This document shows, one piece after another, positions 19,344 through 27,904 of a stretch of DNA of 49,258 nt. Positions within the stretch are counted from its first letter, which is position 1; every line of letters starts with the position of its first letter. The position numbers were made by a program, and so were the translations under genes. The notes under the pieces were generated by a model, which was given only the letters and a program-made list of their open reading frames with translations, was not told the DNA's origin and did no database searches. The DNA is from a virus (taxonomy: Duplodnaviria > Caudoviricetes): positions 1-49,258 of IMG/VR virus record IMGVR_UViG_3300032320_002841. One strand, 5' to 3'.

Positions 19344-20309
19344 TTATTCAAATATTTCAGGATTTTGACGTCCAAATTCTCTCATTAATACTCCTGCTAC
19401 AGAGTGAGCTTCATTTTCAATAGGTGAACCATCTTCACCTGCTCCATCATACATTCTCCCTTGAAGATTTTGTTGGTGATGAACTAATTCATGAGCTAAT
19501 GTTCTTAAAATGTCAGCCATATTTCTGTTATGAACTACTACTTTAATACGTTGTGAATCATTCCCATATAATCCAAAACTATGATTAGTAGGAGCATATT
19601 CTGGGGAATTAATTATTACTATTTTTGGTTCAGTTATATTTAATCTATCACAAGCATAGTCCACAAATTTTTTCATTAATGGAGCTTTTTGTGGAGTAAA
19701 TCCTTCATGTAAAATAGGACCAGGAACAAATCGTTCTTGAGTTTGAGTCTTAGTTAAGATATTATAAACACCTTCTTTTTCATCTTTTATCTCATCAGGT
19801 AAAAATGTAAAGAAATCTTCTTTAGAAATATTAAGTGCTTGTCTAGCTTTAGTACCTGAAACTTCACCCGCAGTTGATATCACATCTACTGTTAGGTTAG
19901 GGTATTTATCAATATCTGCTGTACGCAACATTACATCTTTTTCATCTTCAATATTGCCTTGTCTTTCTCCTAAAATCCAAATAATATTATCTTCAGGATT
20001 ACTTTCTGCTAATTTTTTAGGGTCAAGTACTGGGGTTCTTGGTGAAGCTATAATATTAATCTTCTTACTATTGGGTAAATAATTTTTATAAATTTTCCAA
20101 ATAGCCATGGATTGTTCTTGTGTAACTCCATTTCTTATACCTCCCCCAACTGATATAATGAATTCATCTATGTTAGGATATTTTTCTAAGGCTAATTTAG
20201 CTACTTCAAAATGACCTTTTGTAGGTGGTTTAAAACCACCCCCAAATATAGCTATGTTTTTTGAAGCTTGTTGTAATAGTTCTTGTACAATTTCTTGACC
20301 TATATTCAT
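19344..20309 (-). CDS. HxGH (cytidylyltransferase-like) nucleotidyltransferase fused to HExxH zinc metallopeptidase
   Basis: IAIFGGGFKPPTKGH and VSGTKAR motifs; C-terminal RTLAHELVHHQQ...ENEA. Confidence 0.8.
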   Translation of the reverse strand: MNIGQEIVQELLQQASKNIAIFGGGFKPPTKGHFEVAKLALEKYPNIDEFIISVGGGIRNGVTQEQSMAIWKIYKNYLPNSKKINIIASPRTPVLDPKKLAESNPEDNIIWILGERQGNIEDEKDVMLRTADIDKYPNLTVDVISTAGEVSGTKARQALNISKEDFFTFLPDEIKDEKEGVYNILTKTQTQERFVPGPILHEGFTPQKAPLMKKFVDYACDRLNITEPKIVIINSPEYAPTNHSFGLYGNDSQRIKVVVHNRNMADILRTLAHELVHHQQNLQGRMYDGAGEDGSPIENEAHSVAGVLMREFGRQNPEIFE

Positions 20310-21061
20310 TAAATAAAATTTTGAATTTTAGACTTTGCAGAACTTAAATCATCAAATTTAGGTAAAGTTTTCACCATTGATTCGATATCTTTATTTAATT
20401 GATCTTTTTCAGCTTTAGATTTAGCCATTTCTTCTGGTGTTTTAGGTTTACCAACAGCAGAAGAGGCTTGCATAAATGGTTCTATTAATTTAGTAGAAAA
20501 TTCTTGAGTAGCATTTTCAGGATCATTATTTAATAATATAAAATTATCTCCAAATGCTTGCTCATACACACCAATATTTTTATTAACATCTCTCCATGTA
20601 CGTAAAACAATACCAGGCATCAAACTTCTATCACGTTGTTGATTACGTTCAAGTGAAGTTAAAGGTGAAACATAAATCATTAACATAAATGTCTCGTATC
20701 CTAAATCCTCTAATTGTTGTTTTTTCTTTAATAGTGGGCCTGAAGCAGCACCAGTTCCATCGATAATAATGTTATTTTTATCTTCGATGGATTGGGCTAA
20801 TTTATCTTGGGTTGTTTTTCTAGCTTGTGCTTGTAATTTAGCTGCTTGTGATAATTGATCAGGAGTAAAATCTTTTTGTTTTAAACCAATACCACTTGCT
20901 TTTAAAAGTTCTTCATAAGTGTCATCTGAATTAATAACTTGGTATGAAGAGGGTAATAGTTGCTTAGTTAAAGTAGATTTACCACTACCAGCAGGCCCTG
21001 CTAAGAATATAGCTTTTGGACTACCCTGTATTTCTTTTAATAAAGTAGCTAATTTGATCAT
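20309..21061 (-). CDS. P-loop kinase (AAA_33/zeta-toxin/PNK-kinase-like) with cargo leader
   Basis: AIFLAGPAGSGKS, INSDD, IIIDGT, SLERNQQRDR lid; MIKLATLLKE leader. Confidence 0.8.
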   Translation of the reverse strand: MIKLATLLKEIQGSPKAIFLAGPAGSGKSTLTKQLLPSSYQVINSDDTYEELLKASGIGLKQKDFTPDQLSQAAKLQAQARKTTQDKLAQSIEDKNNIIIDGTGAASGPLLKKKQQLEDLGYETFMLMIYVSPLTSLERNQQRDRSLMPGIVLRTWRDVNKNIGVYEQAFGDNFILLNNDPENATQEFSTKLIEPFMQASSAVGKPKTPEEMAKSKAEKDQLNKDIESMVKTLPKFDDLSSAKSKIQNFI

Positions 21062-21075
21062 TTTTATATTATTAA

Positions 21076-21084
21076 TATAAATAT
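21076..21084 (-). promoter_or_regulatory. Putative late promoter ATATTTATA
   Basis: Intergenic, 14 nt upstream of the kinase ATG; heads the kinase-NTase-HAD operon. Confidence 0.6.
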
Positions 21085-21849
21085 TTACACTTCCCTTTTA
21101 ACTGTAGTTCTTAATGTTAAAATATGTGGTTTAGGAGTAGGATTTTCTAAATCAAACAAAGCCTTAACATTATTAAAAATACTTAAATTTTGTTCTTGTG
21201 ATCTATCTGATTCAACTATTTCCCAATTTTTACCTTTTAAACGTTTACCAGTTTTATCTTCACCTCTTGATTTTGATTTTAACCATAAAATGCCACGTCT
21301 TTGAATAGCTTTACCATAACATTCTTCATAGCATTGGCTATAAACAGCTGTTTGTAAATCATAAGTGGTTTGTAAGTGGTTAGAAGTTTTTAAATCTAAA
21401 ACCCATAATTCACCATTTAACTCAATAATTAAATCACAAGTTCCTGCTACTTTTAGTTTATCAGAAAATAAATGTACTTCAGTTTCAATTAAAATTGGTT
21501 TATGTGTTTCCCAAAAGTCAACAAAATTTAAAAACATTTTCCAAACATCTGGTGGATAAGCAGGATTACCATATTGGTTTAAGAATGAACATTCTTCTCC
21601 ATTTAAATAATCTTCACATAAATTATGTACTTGAGTACCTTCTTCAGCTGCTTTTTTAACAATATATTCTGATGCATAACCTACTTTTTTTAACCAATCT
21701 TCAAAATGAGGACCTTTTGGGTAATAAGATAAAACATGTGTTACTGAAGGATAATATTCTCCATTTCGTCTGTAGAACCTTGAATCAGGTAATGTGATTT
21801 GTTTGTGGTCATCTGAAATTTGGAGGATTCTGTCGTAAGATTTTTTCAT
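21085..21849 (-). CDS. PD-(D/E)xK exonuclease (RecB/lambda-exo-like)
   Basis: YPSVTHVL, GTQVH, AGTCDLI, VLDLKTS, QTAVY motifs. Confidence 0.85.
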   Translation of the reverse strand: MKKSYDRILQISDDHKQITLPDSRFYRRNGEYYPSVTHVLSYYPKGPHFEDWLKKVGYASEYIVKKAAEEGTQVHNLCEDYLNGEECSFLNQYGNPAYPPDVWKMFLNFVDFWETHKPILIETEVHLFSDKLKVAGTCDLIIELNGELWVLDLKTSNHLQTTYDLQTAVYSQCYEECYGKAIQRRGILWLKSKSRGEDKTGKRLKGKNWEIVESDRSQEQNLSIFNNVKALFDLENPTPKPHILTLRTTVKREV

Positions 21850-22784
21850 TAGTTTACTTCTAATTTAAGTGAAAAAAGATCAGAAAATGTAAATTCTTGA
21901 GAATTTTGTACTAAATGTGTAAAATGTTCGAAGCCCATATCTGATGGATCTTTACCTTCTAATTTTACAACATGTAATTTTTTTCCTGAGTGGAGTAGAT
22001 CTCCGGCAATTTTAAGTGTACTTTTTAGAGCATCACTATCTAAAGCTAAATAAATATCTTTAATATCATTAGACAATAGTTTTTTTGTTAATTGTTTTGA
22101 CATTGTTTTACCATATAAAGGTATAGCATTTCTTTTAATAGCAATAGCATCAAATGCTCCTTCACAAAGTATAACAGGTAAATCCCAATTTATTAAATTT
22201 TCAAATCCAATTATAGCATTTTTATCAGCTTGTGTAGCATCATACTTTCTAGCAGGATCTTTTTCAAATGAACGAGCTATAAAATAATTTAATTTACCAT
22301 TAGCATCATAATTAGGTATAATAATTTTATTAGCGTACCTTCCTATCTCACAATACCCTATTTGATACTTAAGTATGTCAGTAGGTGTTATACCACGTTT
22401 TTTAAGATAAGACAGGGCATGTCTCGCAGTAATATCTGCTTTTGATATATTATATAATGGTTTATATTCTTTAGGTAATTCAACATTAGAATTAAAATCT
22501 GATGTGTCAATTTTTGTGGTAGTACCTAATATAGAATTTAATTCACAGTATTTGTTTCCTTCTACTTTTACAGTTTTAAATAAAGAAGCTATAGTTTTAC
22601 CTTTGGCATCACAAGCCCAACAGTGCCAAGGATTTTCATTCTTAGTTGTTGGTACTAAATTAATCTCTAATTTGGGTTTTCTATGATTACATAGAGGACA
22701 ATGAAAAGCATAATTACCTTTTGAGGTAGCATTTCCTTTTCCTAGTACCGATTGCACTAGACCTAATAGTATTCCGTTTACCAT
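21849..22784 (-). CDS. DNA primase (zinc finger plus TOPRIM)
   Basis: CPLCNH...WHCWAC zinc finger; ILCEGAFDA, LALDSD and KDP TOPRIM motifs. Confidence 0.9.
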   Translation of the reverse strand: MVNGILLGLVQSVLGKGNATSKGNYAFHCPLCNHRKPKLEINLVPTTKNENPWHCWACDAKGKTIASLFKTVKVEGNKYCELNSILGTTTKIDTSDFNSNVELPKEYKPLYNISKADITARHALSYLKKRGITPTDILKYQIGYCEIGRYANKIIIPNYDANGKLNYFIARSFEKDPARKYDATQADKNAIIGFENLINWDLPVILCEGAFDAIAIKRNAIPLYGKTMSKQLTKKLLSNDIKDIYLALDSDALKSTLKIAGDLLHSGKKLHVVKLEGKDPSDMGFEHFTHLVQNSQEFTFSDLFSLKLEVN

Positions 22785-22798
22785 AACCTTTGTTTTTA

Positions 22799-22951
22799 TT
22801 AAGATTCTCTTACTTCAAAAAGAGCATTAAATTTTTCTAAATCTAGTCGTTTTTGGGAAGCAAAAAATATTATTGCTCCCTCTAAAGTTGAAGATTTAAT
22901 TGAATTAATAGCTTCATTTGAATTTTTCGAAAATAAACTGTAACGTTTCAT
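22799..22951 (-). CDS. Small hypothetical protein (50 aa)
   Basis: Missed by the ORF track. MKRYSLFSKNSNEAINSIKSSTLEGAIIFFASQKRLDLEKFNALFEVRES fills the gap downstream of a promoter. Confidence 0.6.
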   Translation of the reverse strand: MKRYSLFSKNSNEAINSIKSSTLEGAIIFFASQKRLDLEKFNALFEVRES

Positions 22952-22968
22952 AAATAGAGATTTATAGT

Positions 22969-22999
22969 ATAATATAATAAATTATTTTGGGGTATCAAA
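22969..22999 (-). promoter_or_regulatory. Bacteroidota-type promoter for primase/exonuclease island
   Basis: TTTG-N19-TATATTAT. Confidence 0.5.
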
Positions 23000-23443
23000 A
23001 TCTTTTCGAAAAAATTTACCAAGAATATTATCATTAATATATTGGTCGCCTCTTTCAAGTACTTCATTTACAAACAAATATTTTGTCTCGTAGTAAGTTA
23101 ATAATTTTTTTGTGGGAACAAAACAAAGTATTTCACGTTTGAAATCTTCTTTATTTCCGTCTTTTATTAACTGTTTTATTTCTGATTGAGAACCATAATA
23201 AGTTTTCCAATCAGATTCTTTTATTACTTGTTTTTTCTTACTTAATCTCTTATCAGTAATTAAAGCTAGTTCTTTTTTACCTAAAGCTTTATTAGTAACC
23301 GACATTAATTGTTTTTTACCTAAGTATTTTCTACCTGTAGGAATATGTGTTACCTCATAAATAAACCCGAAAGTATTTTCGGGCATATCTGATATTTCTG
23401 TTATTACTTTACCTTTATAAATCCAAGTTGGAGTTGTAACCAT
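22982..23443 (-). CDS. GIY-YIG endonuclease-family protein
   Basis: GFIYEVT...RKYLGKK, YYGS, FKREIL, E and YINDNI motifs. Confidence 0.75.
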   Translation of the reverse strand: MVTTPTWIYKGKVITEISDMPENTFGFIYEVTHIPTGRKYLGKKQLMSVTNKALGKKELALITDKRLSKKKQVIKESDWKTYYGSQSEIKQLIKDGNKEDFKREILCFVPTKKLLTYYETKYLFVNEVLERGDQYINDNILGKFFRKDFDTPK

Positions 23444-23457
23444 AAGTGTGTTTTGTT

Positions 23458-23763
23458 CTAAATATCGTACTTGACTACAAAAACCGTATCTGTTGTTGAA
23501 GAAAGAGGAATTGGTTGAGCTAATTTAGCTACTGCTAATAATTCATTTCTATTATTATATAACCCTACTGTTGTAACATAAGGAGCAAAGAATGAACTTG
23601 TAGCAAAATTTCTTAATGAACCTGAATTATCTGTTGATATTGTAGGATTCATAGACATATTAAAATCATTTTCTCCTACTTTACAACGAATTTCATTTTC
23701 ATAAATGATGTGTTCATTTTTAAAGCTTAATATAGCGTTTGGATCTTGTACTATAGCTGCCAT
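23458..23763 (-). CDS. Tail/baseplate fibre-collar-like small protein
   Basis: C-terminal TTVGLYNNRNELLAVAKLAQPI motif, paralogous to the end of 26855..27892. Confidence 0.6.
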   Translation of the reverse strand: MAAIVQDPNAILSFKNEHIIYENEIRCKVGENDFNMSMNPTISTDNSGSLRNFATSSFFAPYVTTVGLYNNRNELLAVAKLAQPIPLSSTTDTVFVVKYDI

Positions 23764-23764
23764 T

Positions 23765-26700
23765 TTAAATAATTGCTGGAGTTAATATTAGTGTAATTGT
23801 TGATCCTGGGGTATATTCAGATCTATCAATATCTATTCTTAAATCAAAAATATTAAATTGATTATCTTTAGGAAAATTAAAATTATTATTTCCAGTATTA
23901 TAATTTGTAATAAAATTAACATTTGGATAATCACCTGAATTGATTAAGGATTCACAAGTAGTATAAATACCACCATCTATAGGATTAGTGCTAGATATTG
24001 CAACATTATATACTTCATTACCTGCATCATCTATAGGAGCTGTAGTAAGTTGATTAACTCCAATCATTCCTATTTCAATCCAAGGGGCTATTGAAAATCC
24101 ATTACTTATACCTTCATAATAAAAAAGTCGACTAGAATTATTATTAATTGTAGAAGTGTAAGTATTAGTTAATGAACTATTAGGGGTTAATGTTTTTATT
24201 TGATTATAACTATTATTAACTACATTTATATACATACCTTCCCAAGTAGATGGAGGTGGAACAAAAGGTGCACAACTAGCTGTTATTATATTACTATAAG
24301 AAGAGGTTGCTCCATTACTACAACTATTATAAGCTCTAAAATACATGATATCATCTGGTTCAACTGAAGTTCCTGAATCATCAAAATAACTGAGAGGTAA
24401 AGTTAATGGAACAGCATTAGTTATAATACGAGTAGCATAATCCCCAAAATTTCTATTAAGGCCATAAGGACCATACTCTATAATAGTATAAGTAGAATTA
24501 GCTGAAGCTGAGTTATATGTAATAGAATATTTTGATTGCCAGTTATTTGAACAGCTAACAGGAGTTGCTGTTAGTAAAGTAGGAGCAAAACAACCACTTA
24601 CAGCACATGAAGCTGTGTTTTGGTAGTATCTAAAGAAAGCATTATTACACAAAAGAAAAGAATCTGCAGTTCCAGAAATAAAAGATGCTGTAAAATTTAC
24701 TCTAGGACCCAATAAAGTAGAACCACTAGAATAACTAGAAGTTACTAATGAACCTGAATAAGGACCTGAGTTGAATACTTGAATCACTCCTGAACTTGAA
24801 ACATATCCTGTATTGAATCCAGAAGAGGTTACACAATATGAACCACTGTATCTATATTCTCTTCCAAATACTTGCATACTTGAAGTTGTACTAGTACATC
24901 CATTAGAATCTACTACAAATACATTATATGAACCTGAATTTAATCCATTTAAAGTTACAGAGCTTGTATCTGATGAATATAATATATTTGACCCAGTTTC
25001 ATAAGCGTAATAATAGTATGGGGAAGTTCCTCCTGCAGCACTAAATGAAATAGCATTAGAACATGAATTTATATAAGAAGCAGTTGCATTAAATGATAAA
25101 GTAGTTGGAGAAGTTAAAGTAAAAGTATTACTGTAAGATTGGCATTGATTTGAACCTAAAGCAAATATATTTAGGTCATAACTTCCACTAACTAAACCAG
25201 AAGCTGTTACTGTATTATTTGGAAATGCATTTAAATTAACATTAGTATAAATATCACTTCCGGTAGCATCTGTCATATTAACTATTAAATCATCAATTAC
25301 ATTTGTAAAAGCTACAGTTATAGATCCATTACTTGATCCATAACAAGATACATTAGATTGAGTTACACTTGCAGTTAAAGCAGGATAAATTCCTAAATTT
25401 ATTATAGAACTTGTAACACAATTAAATGAATTTTTAACTGCTATAGTATGTGAACCTGTAGATAATCCTGTAAAAGCTTTAGGTAAAGCAAAATAAGCTC
25501 CTCCATCTATAGAAGCTGAAGTAGCTGTATTAGTACCATCATTTGATATTGTTATTCTACCATCATTACTTGTGCTAGTACATGGTAATTTGATTATACT
25601 AGTTGTATATGATATACCAGGATACCATGAAGAAAATGATTGTGATATTGTAGTATTTAAATAATCTTTAACATAAACAACATTATTTAAAGAAGCAGTC
25701 ATACTTCCACTAGCGGTTTTATTAAAAAATCCAGGTATTCCTGTATATGTAGTTTGTTGATCTAAGGAATAGCTATAAGGAGGTACTCCATAATTAATTG
25801 AAAAAGTTACAGGAACACTAGCAGTTGAACCAAAACAAACTGATGAACTAATTAAGCTAGTAATCTGTAAAGGTAAAGCTGTTACTTCTAAATTTATAGA
25901 ACTTGTATTACTAATAATATCACCGTAAGTTTCAATAACATAATTCAATTTATAATTTCCAGGAATTACACTAGTTTGATCAGGGGTAATTGTTATAATA
26001 CCATTATTTGCAGTATAATTAGGAAAACTATATCCAGGTACAGACATTAATTGAACTGAAGAAGGATCTATAGCTCCACAATCCGCAAAATCATTTGCTA
26101 AAATATCTAATGTTTGAGAAGCATATTCAGTATTTTGATATGAAAAATAATCATTTACAGATGTTGGAGGAGCTCCAAAAATACATAAATAATCTTGATC
26201 TGTAATTACTATTAATCCTTGAGAATAAAATACGTTACCTACATATAAAGAAGAAGTAGCTAAAGTATCTAATAAGTTACCTTCACCATCATCTTGTATA
26301 TTATAAGTTGAACCTGATATTGATATTGATTTTGGAGTTAATCCTGAACCAAATATATTTTGATCTACTGAAATTACTACTATTTTACTTCCTTGATCTG
26401 GATCAAATGTAGTTTCATCATATAGACTTGAAGATATATCGTATAAAGCAGTTTCAAATAAAGTAGGATTATTTCCTAAAGCAGAACTACCTGTTATAGT
26501 AGGAATATTTCTATTTGCAGCCAACATTGACCCTGAAGTCAAAGTAGATTGCTCGTAGTTAAAAAATGATGATGAATGAAAAAACTGTCCTGTAAGGGAT
26601 CCTGAAGTATAGTTTTGGTAGTAGAGATTTTTAATAGAAGCATAAATTAGTCTTCTATATTCTTCATTAGCGGTTTCAGAATCATTTATGGGGTCAAAAG

Positions 26701-26851
26701 GATTAGTTCTATTAATAGGTAAATTTTCACCTATATAAATTGTAATTCCATTTTGAGATAAGGTATCATTAGTAATCCCCCATTGCTTATTAGCAATATA
26801 GGAAGTTAATGATATATCATTTGAACTTAATGTTTTGTATGAAAAACTCAT
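23765..26851 (-). CDS. Large tail/receptor-binding protein with Ig-like and SprB-type repeats
   Basis: DDGEGNL...GNVFYSQGLIVIT module; Ig-like SVND...LDILAND; SprB-like VTQSNVSCYGSSNGSITV, GGTSPYYY, GLNSGSYNVFVVDSNGC. Confidence 0.7.
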   Translation of the reverse strand: MSFSYKTLSSNDISLTSYIANKQWGITNDTLSQNGITIYIGENLPINRTNPFDPINDSETANEEYRRLIYASIKNLYYQNYTSGSLTGQFFHSSSFFNYEQSTLTSGSMLAANRNIPTITGSSALGNNPTLFETALYDISSSLYDETTFDPDQGSKIVVISVDQNIFGSGLTPKSISISGSTYNIQDDGEGNLLDTLATSSLYVGNVFYSQGLIVITDQDYLCIFGAPPTSVNDYFSYQNTEYASQTLDILANDFADCGAIDPSSVQLMSVPGYSFPNYTANNGIITITPDQTSVIPGNYKLNYVIETYGDIISNTSSINLEVTALPLQITSLISSSVCFGSTASVPVTFSINYGVPPYSYSLDQQTTYTGIPGFFNKTASGSMTASLNNVVYVKDYLNTTISQSFSSWYPGISYTTSIIKLPCTSTSNDGRITISNDGTNTATSASIDGGAYFALPKAFTGLSTGSHTIAVKNSFNCVTSSIINLGIYPALTASVTQSNVSCYGSSNGSITVAFTNVIDDLIVNMTDATGSDIYTNVNLNAFPNNTVTASGLVSGSYDLNIFALGSNQCQSYSNTFTLTSPTTLSFNATASYINSCSNAISFSAAGGTSPYYYYAYETGSNILYSSDTSSVTLNGLNSGSYNVFVVDSNGCTSTTSSMQVFGREYRYSGSYCVTSSGFNTGYVSSSGVIQVFNSGPYSGSLVTSSYSSGSTLLGPRVNFTASFISGTADSFLLCNNAFFRYYQNTASCAVSGCFAPTLLTATPVSCSNNWQSKYSITYNSASANSTYTIIEYGPYGLNRNFGDYATRIITNAVPLTLPLSYFDDSGTSVEPDDIMYFRAYNSCSNGATSSYSNIITASCAPFVPPPSTWEGMYINVVNNSYNQIKTLTPNSSLTNTYTSTINNNSSRLFYYEGISNGFSIAPWIEIGMIGVNQLTTAPIDDAGNEVYNVAISSTNPIDGGIYTTCESLINSGDYPNVNFITNYNTGNNNFNFPKDNQFNIFDLRIDIDRSEYTPGSTITLILTPAII

Positions 26852-26854
26852 TCA

Positions 26855-27892
26855 TTAAAAGTCTAGTTTTACTCTAATAAGAGCTTCTTTTGTAAAATCT
26901 TTTACTAGTGGAGTTGATAGTTTAGCTACAGCTAATAATTCATTATTAGTATTATACATACCTACTGTTGTAACAAAAGTTTGTGGATTATTAACCATTG
27001 AAGGATAATAAAAATCACCACTACCACTTATCATAGAAGGATTTGTAGTATAATTAAAATCACTATTTTTAATTCTAACAAATACATAATCTGATGTAAT
27101 GGTTTCTTCACTATTTAAAGAGAATCCTGTAGCACTTGCTAAATTCATAGCATTAAATAATGTAGCATTTACTGTACTTAAGTTAGCTGAGTTATTAGCA
27201 CTTGGGATTGATAATTGTATCCCTCCAAAACTAGAAGATAAAGCTAAAGCTCTAGCGTTTAATAAAATTAAACCTACATCTGGTAAAAATTTACCATATG
27301 AACCCGAGTTGGTATATCCTGCAGCGACACTACTACTTGGTGGTATTGATGTTGTAGGAGTTCCGTTAGATCCACTTACAATATCAAATACTCTACCAGC
27401 ATCACAATATGTTATAGTAGTAACGCTATTACTATTATCAGTTAAATTAATTAATCTTGAACCTGATAATGCTAAATTGAATGTACCTATAAATAGTTTT
27501 TCTTTGTAATTAGCTCTATTAATGTTAATAACATAAAAATCAGGTGAGTTAGAGTTACCTATTCCAAAATTCATATTGGTATTTTCATCCCCATTAACTA
27601 ATGTTCTAAATTGACCATAAGTAATTCTGGTTGGAGATAATCCTGGTATTACAGCATTTAAAGGAGCAGATCCTGATCCATTTACTTGACCATAAGCAAT
27701 TGAAAATTGTGGTAATGCTGTAGTAATAGTACTTGGATTTTGACTATATACTGGGAGATAAGCATTATTTGTAATTGCAGTTGAAGATGTAAAATATGAA
27801 GTTAAACGAGTTTGGCCATTACTCCATAGTGTTGAAACTATGGAATCCGAACTTACTACAAAATCTTCAGTATTTAAAGGTATAAAGCTCAT
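26855..27892 (-). CDS. Tail/baseplate structural protein
   Basis: Ser/Thr-rich beta protein ending in FNYTTNPS...TTVGMYNTNNELLAVAKLSTPL. Confidence 0.65.
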   Translation of the reverse strand: MSFIPLNTEDFVVSSDSIVSTLWSNGQTRLTSYFTSSTAITNNAYLPVYSQNPSTITTALPQFSIAYGQVNGSGSAPLNAVIPGLSPTRITYGQFRTLVNGDENTNMNFGIGNSNSPDFYVININRANYKEKLFIGTFNLALSGSRLINLTDNSNSVTTITYCDAGRVFDIVSGSNGTPTTSIPPSSSVAAGYTNSGSYGKFLPDVGLILLNARALALSSSFGGIQLSIPSANNSANLSTVNATLFNAMNLASATGFSLNSEETITSDYVFVRIKNSDFNYTTNPSMISGSGDFYYPSMVNNPQTFVTTVGMYNTNNELLAVAKLSTPLVKDFTKEALIRVKLDF

Positions 27893-27904
27893 ATTATATT
27901 TTTA

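Noticed and set aside
20309-21061. Zeta toxin-antitoxin module
   Set aside because: No antitoxin-like neighbour; only generic P-loop kinase motifs, in a late operon.
21085-21849. Cas4/CRISPR association
   Set aside because: No Fe-S cysteine set, no cas genes and no repeat-spacer array seen.
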